Assembly (NCBI GenBank): GCA_051532055.1
Contig: JAOPTX010000012.1
Location: 1 to 64,000 of the forward strand
Direction: 5' to 3'
DNA length: 64,000 nucleotides
Source: Fibrobacterales bacterium
GTDB lineage: Bacteria > Fibrobacterota > Fibrobacteria > Fibrobacterales > JAOPTW01
Translations under genes and position numbers: made by a program
In this document: positions 1 to 10,275 of the stretch, in pieces
Numbering within the stretch: the stretch's first letter is position 1
Layout of the letters: each line of letters opens with the position of its first letter
Notes under the pieces: model-generated
Seen by the model: the letters and a program-made list of their open reading frames with translations, nothing else
The model's database searches: none
Told to the model about the DNA's origin: nothing

Positions 1-373
1 CATCAACTAGTGATTCTGCTAATGAATCTTCTAGCTCTACAGTTTCTTCTGCGACAAGTTCTTCTGACGAATCATCTTTTGTTATTTCATCAGAAACTAC
101 TAGTTCGTCTGCGAGTTCTACTTGTGGTATATCAAGAGCAGCGCTATCGACAACTGATTCGTCAACAACAATATCTTCTTGTGGAGTTTCACTCAACGTA
201 GCTAAATCGATTGTTTCAGCTTCATCAAGCTCAACGGGTTCTTCAATTGATTCAATTGATTCAACACTGGATTCTGGTACTAATTCTTCTACGACTGAAT
301 CATCAACTAGTGATTCTGTTAATGAATCTTCTAGCTCTACAGTTTCTTCTGCGACAAGTTCTTCTGACGAATC
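1..373. repeat. 73-bp direct repeat (1-73 and 301-373, one mismatch), in-frame 300-nt period within the TPR/acidic gene
   Basis: catcaactagtgattctg(c/t)taatgaatcttctagctctacagtttcttctgcgacaagttcttctgacgaatc occurs twice. It encodes DSSEELVAEETVELEDSL(A/T)ESLVD on the minus strand. Confidence 0.9.
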
Positions 374-1600
374 TTCTACATTGGGCTCATCTACTATATC
401 TGATTCTACTGCTAAGACCTCTTTTATAGGGTCATCAGAAGAAGTATCCAATTTATTTAAATCTGATACTTCATCAAGATCGAGCATATCCTCACTTGAG
501 ATCTCATCTTCTTCAATTGACTCTGTCGATGCTTCTCCAGTCGAATTTAATACCGAATCAAGTACCTCAAGTTGATCAGAATCGTTGTCGCTATCTAATG
601 CTCCACTTTCTTCGGATACAGGGTCAATTGATTCATCCACAATTGTTTCAACAGTCGTATCGACATCAGATTGCGACTCTTCTTCAGTAACGTCACTCGC
701 CTCATCAGGAACAGATCCCGCCATTTCGATACCACCAGAGACAATTGCATCCTTGAACTGGTTCATCTCTTTTAAGAAATCAGGATCCTCTGGTGTCTCG
801 TCTAAAGAAATTTCTTCGGAGATAAGACCTTGACTCTCTAAAGCAGAATCTATACTTTTTAATTCAAGTTGCTCTTTTTGAACCTCTTCAGGAGATGGGT
901 CTTCGAGTAACTCATCTTGATCAGAAGTATCAAGGTTGACAGGAGTATCATCCCCCACGTCTATTACTTCATCATTATCTTCTGTAGGCTCTATTTCACT
1001 TTCATCTTCAGAAACATTATTTTCAGTGGGTTCAGATTCATCTAATCCAATATCGGCTGCGTCATCATCGATACTCGCAGCAAATTCAGAGTCTCGTTCT
1101 TCATCACTGCCAAATATTTCATCAACACCTTCCGCTATAGCATCAGGTGAAACAGTATCACCGACAAGCTCGCCACCTTCCATTGGTTCAGTACTCTCAT
1201 CATCGAGATCAAACATACTAAGTCCATCATCAAGAGAGTGATAGGGATCTAAATCAGAAATTTGTGTATTATACAATTCCGCTTGTTCAGCATTACCTAG
1301 TTCCATTGATATCTGGACCAAGTGATTCAATGCTGATAAACAGCGTGAATCGACACGAACAACTTCCTCAAAAAGGTCTTTTGCTTCTTCGATTCTCCCC
1401 ATTTGGAGAAGAACTTTTGCATAGGCTAAATTTGCTGTAAAAAAACCAGGGTTCTTATTAAGCCCCTCAAGAAGAATTTCTTCAGCTTTTTCTAATTTAT
1501 CCTCTACACGAAAGGTGTCAGCAAGGCGAACAAAAACCATTGATGCTGGATTTTTATCCAATGCCTTATTAAGTTCTTTTCGGAATTTTTTTATGGACAT
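1..1600 (-). CDS. TPR-containing protein with long acidic low-complexity region (runs off the window start)
   Basis: ATG at 1600 just after the Trm112 stop. My translation begins MSIKKFRKELNKALDKNPASMVFVRLADTFRVEDKLEKAEEILLEGLNKNPGFFTANLAYAKVLLQMGRIEEAKDLFEEVV (TPR-like helices) followed by D/E-rich sequence. Absent from the ORF track, consistent with no stop inside the window. The Ser-rich + strand ORFs are its antisense shadow. Confidence 0.85.
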   Translation of the reverse strand, partial: MSIKKFRKELNKALDKNPASMVFVRLADTFRVEDKLEKAEEILLEGLNKNPGFFTANLAYAKVLLQMGRIEEAKDLFEEVVRVDSRCLSALNHLVQISMELGNAEQAELYNTQISDLDPYHSLDDGLSMFDLDDESTEPMEGGELVGDTVSPDAIAEGVDEIFGSDEERDSEFAASIDDDAADIGLDESEPTENNVSEDESEIEPTEDNDEVIDVGDDTPVNLDTSDQDELLEDPSPEEVQKEQLELKSIDSALESQGLISEEISLDETPEDPDFLKEMNQFKDAIVSGGIEMAGSVPDEASDVTEEESQSDVDTTVETIVDESIDPVSEESGALDSDNDSDQLEVLDSVLNSTGEASTESIEEDEISSEDMLDLDEVSDLNKLDTSSDDPIKEVLAVESDIVDEPNVEDSSEELVAEETVELEDSLTESLVDDSVVEELVPESSVESIESIEEPVELDEAETIDLATLSETPQEDIVVDESVVDSAALDIPQVELADELVVSDEITKDDSSEELVAEETVELEDSLAESLVD

Positions 1601-1603
1601 AAA

Positions 1604-1858
1604 TTATAGCTGGGTTAACTCTATCGCTTCATCAATCAGCATAATTGGTATATCCTGTTTGACCGGGTAGACAATAACAGAATCTGTTCGTAAAAGAGCT
1701 CCATCAATTGGTTCGGTCAAGGTTTGGCCCGCTCGATTTTTCAAGCGACCCTCAGTTATAGCCTTATTAATCTGTTCTACCATAGTAGAATCAGCTAGAG
1801 TTACGTCCAGTTTGGTCTCGGGACAGCATATAATGTCTAAAAGTGTAGTATCTATCAT
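1604..1858 (-). CDS. Trm112 family protein
   Basis: LLDIICCPETK at the N-terminus and YPVKQDIPIMLIDEAI at the C-terminus. Confidence 0.85.
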   Translation of the reverse strand: MIDTTLLDIICCPETKLDVTLADSTMVEQINKAITEGRLKNRAGQTLTEPIDGALLRTDSVIVYPVKQDIPIMLIDEAIELTQL

Positions 1859-1861
1859 ATA

Positions 1862-2815
1862 TTACTTATCGTCAAAAATTCCCATTGCTGCATACTTTTC
1901 TATACGCAACTCCACTAATTCATCAATTGGTATGGATTCGAGTCGATTTAACTGTTCTTCAAAAGATTCTGTTAACGCTTCGAATACAAAGGCCGGGTGC
2001 CAATGAGCTCCACCTATTGGTTCAGGAATTATCTCATCAATTACTCCAATTTCCTTTAAATCAGGTGCAATTAATTTCATTGTCCCTGTTAATTCTTGAG
2101 CTTTAGAACGGTCTCCCCAAAGAATTGCAGCACAACCTTCAGGTGAAATAACACTGTACCATGCATTTTCGAGCATTAAAATATGGTCACCCATCCCAAT
2201 ACCCAATGCACCTCCTGAAGCACCTTCACCAATGATAGTAACAAGAAGAGGAACTTTAAGTACAGCCATCTCTCGTAAATTGCGTGCAATAGCTTCAGCT
2301 TGGCCACGTTCTTCAGCGCCAATTCCTGGATAGGCACCTGGTGTATCAATAAAGAAAAGTACTGGTCGGTTAAATTTTTCAGCAAGCTTCATTAAACGCA
2401 GTGCCTTTCTATAGCCTTCTGGGTTAGGCATACCAAAATTGCGATATACGTTATCTTTTGTAGATCGTCCTTTTTGGTGACCAATCACCATGACTGGTTT
2501 CCCATTAAATTTAGCAAACCCACCAACTATTGCTGGATCTTCACCATAAGCACGATCACCATGCATTTCAACAAAGTCAGTGAACATATTATTTATGTAA
2601 TCAAGGGTATATGGTCTGCCAGCCCGACGGGCTAGCTCCACTTTGTTCCATGGGGTGAGTTTTTTGTATGCTTTTGTTAATTTGTCGACTCTTTTTTTCT
2701 GAAGGGCTTCGACATCTTTCCCATCAATCCCGTGTTGTTGGAGCTCTTCAATTTTCTGTTCGAGGGCAACAACATCTTTTTCAAAATCCAGATATGGACC
2801 AGTTGGTATACTCAT
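1862..2815 (-). CDS. accA: Acetyl-CoA carboxylase carboxyltransferase subunit alpha
   Basis: [67 protein letters not shown]. Confidence 0.98.
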   Translation of the reverse strand: MSIPTGPYLDFEKDVVALEQKIEELQQHGIDGKDVEALQKKRVDKLTKAYKKLTPWNKVELARRAGRPYTLDYINNMFTDFVEMHGDRAYGEDPAIVGGFAKFNGKPVMVIGHQKGRSTKDNVYRNFGMPNPEGYRKALRLMKLAEKFNRPVLFFIDTPGAYPGIGAEERGQAEAIARNLREMAVLKVPLLVTIIGEGASGGALGIGMGDHILMLENAWYSVISPEGCAAILWGDRSKAQELTGTMKLIAPDLKEIGVIDEIIPEPIGGAHWHPAFVFEALTESFEEQLNRLESIPIDELVELRIEKYAAMGIFDDK

Positions 2816-2901
2816 TAAGGCAGTGACCTCTTAAAAATTCTCACTGAGTAAATTTAAGTCAATATAAAGCAATTTTCACTCTTTTTTAGGCAGTTTTTGA
2901 T

Positions 2902-2930
2902 AAAAAAGAGCCGAAATGATTAATTTCGGC
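2902..2930 (-). terminator. Putative intrinsic terminator overlapping the stop of the Dpm1-like gene
   Basis: Minus strand GCCGAAAT-TAATC-ATTTCGGC followed by TCTTTTTT. Confidence 0.55.
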
Positions 2931-3639
2931 CTAAACGCAATTTTATTAAAACAAACAGGGCTTCTCGAATTATTTGCCCAGAAATCTTTGATTCTCCGAT
3001 AATTCTATCTGTAAAAATTATTGGAACTTCTGCAATAGAAAACCCTTTTTTCCATAATTTGTAGGTCATCTCTATTTGAAAACTATATCCCCCACTACTT
3101 ATTCTATCGAGATTAAGGGCTTGAAGTGCTTTTCTAGAAAAACACTTGTATCCTCCTGTAGCATCACTAATAGGCATGCCACTCACCAACCGAGCATAAA
3201 TATTACCCATATAGCTTAATACCAGTCGCTTCCAATCCCAATTGACTACACTAATTTTCCCATCTTTATAGCGAGACCCCAAAACCAAATCGGACTTTTC
3301 GGCTGCTTTCAAAAAATCTGGAACATGCTTAGGGTCATGGGAAAGGTCAGCATCCATTTCAAACACATACTCATAGTGCTCTTTTAGTGCGTATTTAAAT
3401 CCTGCAATATAAGCAGAGCCCAAACCTAACTTACCTTCTCTTTCAAGAATATGAATAGTAGGATCTTCAATCTGCATTTTTTTGACAACCTCAGCAGTTC
3501 CATCAGGAGAACCATCATCGACGACAAGAATATCTGCAGTTGAACAGTACTTATGAACGAGGGGTATTATTGTTTGAATATTTTCACGTTCATTATATGT
3601 TGGAATAATTATTAAGACTGGATTTTGTGGCACTGTCAC
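2920..3639 (-). CDS. Polyprenol monophosphomannose synthase (Dpm1/Ppm1-like GT2)
   Basis: IIPTYNEREN, VVDDGSPDGT, GKLGLGSAY, EMDADLSHDP, DATGGYKC, GYSFQIE, FTDRIIGESK. Confidence 0.9.
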   Translation of the reverse strand: MTVPQNPVLIIIPTYNERENIQTIIPLVHKYCSTADILVVDDGSPDGTAEVVKKMQIEDPTIHILEREGKLGLGSAYIAGFKYALKEHYEYVFEMDADLSHDPKHVPDFLKAAEKSDLVLGSRYKDGKISVVNWDWKRLVLSYMGNIYARLVSGMPISDATGGYKCFSRKALQALNLDRISSGGYSFQIEMTYKLWKKGFSIAEVPIIFTDRIIGESKISGQIIREALFVLIKLRLGRN

Positions 3640-4571
3640 CCTTCCTTATGTGTTCTATCACTGAGTGGGAAGGCAGTATGATCATCTCGACTGATTTGCA
3701 TTTCAGCTAGAAGACCCAGTGATACAAACTGAATTCCTATAATCAAAGAAACCGCACCAAGTACTAAAAGAGGTCGTACATGGAGTGCTTGATGAATAAT
3801 CCAATAAATTGCAAAATACCCAAGAACTCCAGAGCCTGCGAGGATAAAAGTAAGCCCGAGAAGGCCAAAAAAGTGGAGTGGCTTTTTTGAAAACTTATGA
3901 ATAAATAATAACGTGAGGAGATCGAGAAAACCTGAAACTAGTCGTGACAAACCATATTTAGAGGAACCATATTTTCTTTTACGGTGCTCAACTACAATTT
4001 CATCAATTTTGAAACCTTTCCAATTTGCCCAAACTGGTATGTATCGATGGAAGTCACCGTAAAGCTTGATAAAGGTAAGAACGTCACGCTTATATGCTTT
4101 AAACCCACAATTAAAATCATGGAGCCTTATGCCTGCTGCTTTTGATGTGACAAAATTAAAGATACGTGATGGTAGTACTTTGTGCCATGGATCAAAACGT
4201 CGTTTTTTCCAGCCACTGACTAAATCATATCCCTCTTCTAGTTTGTCGATAAAACTTGGAATCTCTTTTGGGTTATCTTGAAGATCGGCATCCATAGTAA
4301 ATATGTAATACCCTTTTGCCTCTTTAAATCCAAGAGCTAAAGCAGCGGCCTTACCACAATTATATTGAAATCGAAATCCCTCTACTTCAGAATATTCTTG
4401 AGACAATTTCTCAATAACACTCCACGTATCATCAGAACTCCCATCATCAATAAATAAAATTTCCCATTCTGTTATCCGTGGTTCATCAGTAAGAACTGAT
4501 TGAATTTCACCAATCAGTTCTCCAATGCTTTCAGCTTCATCTTTAGCTGGGATTATTATAGAGAGATCCAC
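3636..4571 (-). CDS. GT2 glycosyltransferase, ArnC/GtrB-like (polyprenyl-phosphate sugar transferase) with two C-terminal TM helices
   Basis: IDDGSSD, GKAAAL, MDADLQDNP, GWKKRRFDP, LHDFNCGFKAY, HRYIPV. Confidence 0.9.
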   Translation of the reverse strand: MDLSIIIPAKDEAESIGELIGEIQSVLTDEPRITEWEILFIDDGSSDDTWSVIEKLSQEYSEVEGFRFQYNCGKAAALALGFKEAKGYYIFTMDADLQDNPKEIPSFIDKLEEGYDLVSGWKKRRFDPWHKVLPSRIFNFVTSKAAGIRLHDFNCGFKAYKRDVLTFIKLYGDFHRYIPVWANWKGFKIDEIVVEHRKRKYGSSKYGLSRLVSGFLDLLTLLFIHKFSKKPLHFFGLLGLTFILAGSGVLGYFAIYWIIHQALHVRPLLVLGAVSLIIGIQFVSLGLLAEMQISRDDHTAFPLSDRTHKEG

Positions 4572-4577
4572 AATACC

Positions 4578-7469
4578 CTACTTCTTTTTCGCCTGGAAGC
4601 GTGCCTGAAATTGAAGAAGAAGATTCTTATCTGCATAAGGGTCTTTCAACCGAGTATCAATAAAGGCAAGTGCTTCATCAGCTCTATTTGCAGCATCTAG
4701 TATTGATAACTTCTGACGAACAAGATACCCTTTTTCTGCAGGCTTCGCTTTTTCTAAACCACGATTTACATAATCTATAGCAGCATCATGATTTTTTGAA
4801 GCATTATAAATATCTGACATTACGGCATAAGAACGCCACTCTTTTGGAAATTGATGCATTCCAAGGTCAAGATACTTTTTTGCCACTTCTGTTTTTTCTT
4901 TAATTTCTACATCGAGCTTCGCAACCTGTTCGCTCAATGATGTATTAGCCAAGTCACTATTCAGCTGATTTTGTAGTGTGTTTTTCTGAGCAACTAATCG
5001 CTCTATTGCGCTCTTCTCTTCAAATGCTACATGAATATACATTGAATTGTAGTTGTTCATCAAACGAGAAGTCTCTGGATTGATATAGGTTGACCCATCA
5101 CCCAATCCTCTAAATTGATAGAGTGTATCGATGAAACTTCGGGTTATTGCAGCATCCAGTTTACGATTTGAAGGAGAAAGTGTTGTGTCAACTAATGTAT
5201 AGACCATTCCATCCATTTTCATGTACTTCTCTAGACCGATATAGTTATTCACTGAAACTGTTGTAGCAAAGTGAATCGGGCGATCTGGATTTTGACGAGT
5301 AATGTCGAGGACTAGTTTATCTTGAATTTTCAATGTTCTATCACGCTCAGTTCTTTTTGCCCATTCAGCAAATGAAGAAATAGCAATGTAGTTTCTGAAT
5401 TTAAAGCGATACTCAGCCATTTTTTTAGAAAGAATATCACTACTCACCAAATCATTTGTCAGGCTATTCTTTAATGAGTCTATTTCTATTTGTGCAGATT
5501 TTAACAGAGGTAATAGTTTTTCAGAAGCTTGAGCAGACTTTTCTTGGTAAACATTTTTATCAAATGAATAAGAAAGAAATTTATCAATATCAGAATGTGT
5601 ATAGCTTAATTTTACTTTTGGCTCATTGTCAAGAAGCTGATGAATGTACCATTTAGTATTTCCCAAACTCAAATTTACAACACGTACATCATTACGTACT
5701 CGTGCAACTTCTTGAATAAACCAAAGTGGGAATGTGTCATTATCCCCATTGGTAAAGAGAATACCATTAGGTTGACACGAACTAATAAGGTTGTATGCAT
5801 AATCCCATGGTACATGTAAATTCGCTCTACTATGCTCTTTGTAGTTGGAGAAACATGGAACAATATATGCAACAACTACTAAGCCTACAGCAACAGGCTT
5901 TAAATACTCACGACGTCGTGCACTCACCATATTTACAAGAAGTGCAGCTCCAAGCCCGTATATTACACTCATAAGAATAAATGCTGGAGAGAAAAAATAA
6001 TCTCTATCACGTACTTCTAAATGAACTGGTTGTGGTGTTCCCTGTTTACCATTTTTAATCCAATTTTCATACACTACTCGTTCAGGGCGTGTACCATCAG
6101 CAAAATTCATGTAGAAAATAAGACCTGCACTGGTAACCAGAAGTAAAAGGAATATATAGATCCCTAGCTTATTGTTTCTCTTATAGATCAACCAACAGAC
6201 CCACAGCAACACACCATTCATAAACGCAAAGATGATAAATTGCTTTAACTTACCAGTAAAATCATCTCCAAGAAAAAGCATCTGTGTATCAAATTCCGTA
6301 CTGCCACGTACCACTGGATCATTCTCACCTGGATCTACAATATACTCTCCAGGTTTAGTATACCGTACTTCACCAACCTTCCAAGGAAAGTACTGAGCAA
6401 ATTGGTACCCACCGTATCCCATGTGGGGAAACGAAAGAATTTGATTTTGAAGTTGACCTCTTCGATGAAAAGATCTTTTCAGCATGCTTTCAGAACCATA
6501 CTGTTTACGACCAACAAAGTCATTAAATGGTTTCCAGGCTTCCCATGTGAACACATCTTTTAAAGCGAGTTCAGGATTGTTTTCATCAATTATCGGGTTA
6601 AGCGATGAGCGAATCGGTATATATGCATGAGTTGAAAACCCAATAAGTGCAACCATACCAATCCAAAATGAGAGACGCATATTTTTCTTAAGCTCAGGCA
6701 CTTGAGAGATTGCATAGCCAATCCCAAGAGCAATAGTAGTAATAAGGCCAATTATGAGAAACTTGTCAATCATGTATACGATTGAATAGAGCAAAACCCC
6801 ACCTAGCCATAAAGGCCAACCGTTAATTGAGCGTTTGCTTTCATCAACAATAAGAACGAGGGCAAAAACTACAGGAATAGTTATCAAACTATAGAGGTGA
6901 AAACCTGAGCCTAAAAAGGCCAGATACGTAATCAAAATAATAATTTTGTCACCTTGAGCTGTATCGTATTTACTCGTCCAGTCAAGAGCAAGCCAGCAGA
7001 TAATCATTACAAAGAGCATTGCAATTCCATACACTTCAGCTTCAACAGCATTGAACCAAAAGGTATCTGAAAAAGTGATGAGGAATGATGCTACTAACCC
7101 ACCCACCGCAGGGGCAAGTAAATGTAATTTGTTTGTACTTTCTTCTGTCTTGAAGAGCTTATTCATGAAGTCATAGACAAACAAGAAAACAAAACTCACT
7201 GTGAGGGCTGAAGTTAGAACTGATATATAGTTAAACCGCGCCGCAACATCAGATACAAATGGTAATATGATATCGAAGAAACGACCTATAATCATGAAGA
7301 ATGGAGTGCCCGGAGGATGGGGAACGCCGAGAGTATGCGCTGCTGCGACAAACTCACCACAATCCCAAAACGAGAGAGTCGGTGCCATTGTTATGGCATA
7401 GGCAATAAATGCATTTAGAAATACTAAAATAAAGAGGGATAATCTGACGGTTTTATCTGTCAACTTCAC
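4578..7469 (-). CDS. DUF2723 / TMEM260-like GT-C membrane protein (candidate protein O-mannosyltransferase) with TPR-like C-terminus
   Basis: APTLSFWDCGEF...GVPHPPGTP, FWFNAVEAEVY, RDRDYFF, FTNGDNDTFPLW, RNDVRVVNLSL; many TM helices. Confidence 0.88.
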   Translation of the reverse strand: MKLTDKTVRLSLFILVFLNAFIAYAITMAPTLSFWDCGEFVAAAHTLGVPHPPGTPFFMIIGRFFDIILPFVSDVAARFNYISVLTSALTVSFVFLFVYDFMNKLFKTEESTNKLHLLAPAVGGLVASFLITFSDTFWFNAVEAEVYGIAMLFVMIICWLALDWTSKYDTAQGDKIIILITYLAFLGSGFHLYSLITIPVVFALVLIVDESKRSINGWPLWLGGVLLYSIVYMIDKFLIIGLITTIALGIGYAISQVPELKKNMRLSFWIGMVALIGFSTHAYIPIRSSLNPIIDENNPELALKDVFTWEAWKPFNDFVGRKQYGSESMLKRSFHRRGQLQNQILSFPHMGYGGYQFAQYFPWKVGEVRYTKPGEYIVDPGENDPVVRGSTEFDTQMLFLGDDFTGKLKQFIIFAFMNGVLLWVCWLIYKRNNKLGIYIFLLLLVTSAGLIFYMNFADGTRPERVVYENWIKNGKQGTPQPVHLEVRDRDYFFSPAFILMSVIYGLGAALLVNMVSARRREYLKPVAVGLVVVAYIVPCFSNYKEHSRANLHVPWDYAYNLISSCQPNGILFTNGDNDTFPLWFIQEVARVRNDVRVVNLSLGNTKWYIHQLLDNEPKVKLSYTHSDIDKFLSYSFDKNVYQEKSAQASEKLLPLLKSAQIEIDSLKNSLTNDLVSSDILSKKMAEYRFKFRNYIAISSFAEWAKRTERDRTLKIQDKLVLDITRQNPDRPIHFATTVSVNNYIGLEKYMKMDGMVYTLVDTTLSPSNRKLDAAITRSFIDTLYQFRGLGDGSTYINPETSRLMNNYNSMYIHVAFEEKSAIERLVAQKNTLQNQLNSDLANTSLSEQVAKLDVEIKEKTEVAKKYLDLGMHQFPKEWRSYAVMSDIYNASKNHDAAIDYVNRGLEKAKPAEKGYLVRQKLSILDAANRADEALAFIDTRLKDPYADKNLLLQFQARFQAKKK

Positions 7470-7484
7470 GTGTTCTCCTTGGTG

Positions 7485-7913
7485 TTACTCTTTGAAAAGA
7501 GGTCTTGCGATTCCAGCAAGTACCCCATTAATAAAACTTCCTGATTCTTCTGTAGAATATTTTTTTGCTATTGCAACGGCTTCAGAAATTGCAACTTTAG
7601 GCGGGATCTCTTTTACGTACAATAGCTCAGTTACCGCAACTCGTATAATAACATTATCGAGAACAGCTATTCGCTCTAAGTCCCAGTTTTCTGAATGAGT
7701 GGTAATAGTCTCTGTTATCATTTCATTGTGTTCTACTGCTAGATCTATGAGATCCATGCCATATTTTTTTTGATCCTCTTTTGGGTCAAGACTCTCAATT
7801 ACCCCAGGGAGTACCTGTGGAATAGTTGAGCCTGTCACATCAAGAGCATACAGGGCCTGCATCGCCATTACGCGAGCTTGCCGTTTTGAAATAGTTCTTT
7901 TCGGGGCGGCCAT
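7485..7913 (-). CDS. nusB: Transcription antitermination factor NusB
   Basis: RQARVMAMQALY, NWDLERIAVLD, PPKVAISEAVAIAKKYS, FINGVL; follows ribH with a TAATG overlap. Confidence 0.96.
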   Translation of the reverse strand: MAAPKRTISKRQARVMAMQALYALDVTGSTIPQVLPGVIESLDPKEDQKKYGMDLIDLAVEHNEMITETITTHSENWDLERIAVLDNVIIRVAVTELLYVKEIPPKVAISEAVAIAKKYSTEESGSFINGVLAGIARPLFKE

Positions 7914-8377
7914 TATATCTTTTTAATAAGGTTAATCATTTCAATCGCCGTGACAGCAGCTTCTGCGCCCTTGTTACCGAGCTTAATTCCCGCGCGATCC
8001 ATTGCTTGGTCAACGGTGTTGGTGGTTAACACACCATACACTACCGGTACACCAGTATCGAGTGACACTTTGGCAACACCAGAAGTAACACCACTCACTA
8101 CTTGATCAAAATGAGGAGTATCTCCTTGAATCACTGCACCGAGAGTAATTACAGCTGCAAATTTACCACTTGTTGCTGCTTTTTGACTTGCAAGAGGAAT
8201 CTCGAAAGCGCCCGGTACCCAAATAATTGTTATTGAATCATCAGATATTCCATGACGAGTAAGCGAATTACATGCGCCATCAAGGAGACTCTTTGTAATT
8301 ATTTCATTGAATCGCGAAACAACTATTGCGATCTGTACGTTTTGCGCAATGAGTTCACCTTCTACTATTTTTGCCAT
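7913..8377 (-). CDS. ribH: 6,7-dimethyl-8-ribityllumazine synthase
   Basis: [37 protein letters not shown]; start placed at ATG 8377 (MAKIVEG). Confidence 0.97.
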   Translation of the reverse strand: MAKIVEGELIAQNVQIAIVVSRFNEIITKSLLDGACNSLTRHGISDDSITIIWVPGAFEIPLASQKAATSGKFAAVITLGAVIQGDTPHFDQVVSGVTSGVAKVSLDTGVPVVYGVLTTNTVDQAMDRAGIKLGNKGAEAAVTAIEMINLIKKI

Positions 8378-8416
8378 ATTACTTCTCAAAATGTTAAAAA
8401 TCAGGTAAAAAATAGT

Positions 8417-8448
8417 AAAAAAAAGGCTGATAGAGGTCTCTATCAGCC
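8417..8448 (-). terminator. Intrinsic terminator between ribBA and ribH
   Basis: 10-bp perfect stem GGCTGATAGA/TCTATCAGCC with a 4-nt loop, followed by T8 on the minus strand. Confidence 0.75.
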
Positions 8449-8469
8449 AAATCTAGGAGGATTTTTTAT

Positions 8470-9681
8470 TCAATCATCAGATAATACATGACCCATTCGG
8501 TCACGCTTTACCTTAAGGTACTGTTCATTTTCAGGATTGCGTGGAATCTCTATAGGAATACGAGAAACAACCTCAAGATGAAAGCCTTTAAGGCCTGATA
8601 CTTTCTCAGGATTATTCGTTAAAAGGTTCATTTTGCACACACCAATATCAGCAAGAATCTGCGCTCCAATACCATAACAACGAAGGTCTGATGCAAAACC
8701 AAGCTCTAGATTTGCATCCACAGTATCAAAGCCCTGCTCTTGTAATTCATACGCTTTCATTTTATTAGCAAGGCCAATACCACGACCCTCATGGTTTCTG
8801 AGGTAGAGTACCACTCCACCATGCTCAGCAACATATTTCATAGCATAGTCAAGTTGTTCGCCACAGTCACAGCGGCGGGATCCTAAAACATCACCCGTTA
8901 GGCATTCACTATGTACGCGAACATTTATTGGAACATCAGCACTAATATCTCCATTCACCATTGCAAGATGCTCTGCACCAGTTGTCTTATCAATGTATGC
9001 ATAGGCTTGAAAGCTACCATATTTTGTCGGAATTATTGGTGCTGCTTCCCGTACTACAAGAATTTCATGTTTTCTACGATACGAAATAAGATCATTTGTT
9101 GAAGATATTTTCAATCCATGTTCTTTTGCTAGCTCAATTAACTGAGGAAGACGAGCCATAGTGCCATCGTCATTCATAATTTCACAGATAACCGCAGCAT
9201 CTGCTCTCCCTGCAAGTTCAGCAAGGTCTACTGAGGCCTCGGTATGCCCAGCACGCTTCAAAACACCACCATCAACTGCTCTCAGAGGGAATGTATGCCC
9301 TGGAGATGCGAAATCTTTTGCTGTTGCATTTTCATCAGCAAGAAGTTTTGATGTAAGTGAACGGTCTCCAGCAGATATCCCCGTAGTCACCCCTTCAACA
9401 GCATCAACAGAAATTGTGAATGCAGTCGGAAACGGTGAATTATGAGTAGAAGCCATCATTGAAAGGCCCATTTTTGCAACTTTACGGGAGCTCAATGCGG
9501 TACAGACTAATCCACGACCGTGAGTAACCATAAAATTAATATGCTCTGGTGTAGTAGCATCAGCTGCACAGATGAAATCACCTTCAGCTTCTCGATCATC
9601 ATCATCAACCATGATGATGATTTTCCCGTTTTTGATATCCTCTATGATATCTTCGATTGGATCAAATTGTATATCAGCCAT
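8470..9681 (-). CDS. ribBA: Bifunctional DHBP synthase / GTP cyclohydrolase II
   Basis: DDDDREAEGD, RAGHTEASVDL, RVHSECLTGDVLGSRRCDCGEQL, EGRGIGL, LLTNNPEK. Confidence 0.97.
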   Translation of the reverse strand: MADIQFDPIEDIIEDIKNGKIIIMVDDDDREAEGDFICAADATTPEHINFMVTHGRGLVCTALSSRKVAKMGLSMMASTHNSPFPTAFTISVDAVEGVTTGISAGDRSLTSKLLADENATAKDFASPGHTFPLRAVDGGVLKRAGHTEASVDLAELAGRADAAVICEIMNDDGTMARLPQLIELAKEHGLKISSTNDLISYRRKHEILVVREAAPIIPTKYGSFQAYAYIDKTTGAEHLAMVNGDISADVPINVRVHSECLTGDVLGSRRCDCGEQLDYAMKYVAEHGGVVLYLRNHEGRGIGLANKMKAYELQEQGFDTVDANLELGFASDLRCYGIGAQILADIGVCKMNLLTNNPEKVSGLKGFHLEVVSRIPIEIPRNPENEQYLKVKRDRMGHVLSDD

Positions 9682-10273
9682 TTTGCTCTTTTAAAAAGTT
9701 TTCTATGTATTTTCCGAGTACATCAACTTCAAAATTTACTCGGGTGCCAACAGCGTAATGCCCAAAGCGGGTATTATCAACTGTTTCAGGTATTACTGCT
9801 ACTTTAATACCTTCGTCCGTTTTTTCTGCTACAGTCATGCTCGTACCATCAAGAGTTACTGAACCTTTAGAAATAATATATTTCATCATATCCTTAGGGA
9901 ACTTCATATAGATCTCACGACCAGCTTCCATCATTTCAATTTTAGTAACTTTTGCAACACCATCAATATGGCCCATAACAATATGGCCACCAAGAAACGA
10001 ACTTGCGGTACAAGGAAATTCAAGGTTCACAGCGCTTCCCTGTTCTAAATCACCAAGATTGGTCACATCAAGGGTTTGATGAATCGCCGTTACTTTCACA
10101 TCGTCTGTACCCATTCGTTCAGCAGTAAGACATACGCCATTTACAGCTACGCTTGCCCCTTTGTCCATACCTTGAAAATAGTCGTCTGAAGTTTCAAGAA
10201 AAAAGGTTGAAGAGTCTGCAGCTTTTTCGAGCTTTTTAATTACTCCTACTCTCTGTACAATTCCGGTAAACAT
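9674..10273 (-). CDS. ribE: Riboflavin synthase (alpha chain)
   Basis: MFTGIV, SVAVNGVCLT, GGHIVMGHIDG, KGSVTLDGTSMTV, VNFEVDVLGKY. Confidence 0.97.
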   Translation of the reverse strand: MFTGIVQRVGVIKKLEKAADSSTFFLETSDDYFQGMDKGASVAVNGVCLTAERMGTDDVKVTAIHQTLDVTNLGDLEQGSAVNLEFPCTASSFLGGHIVMGHIDGVAKVTKIEMMEAGREIYMKFPKDMMKYIISKGSVTLDGTSMTVAEKTDEGIKVAVIPETVDNTRFGHYAVGTRVNFEVDVLGKYIENFLKEQNG

Positions 10274-10275
10274 AG

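Noticed and set aside
10..1241. Leu/Gln- and Ser-rich + strand ORFs
   Set aside because: Antisense shadows of the acidic minus-strand TPR gene
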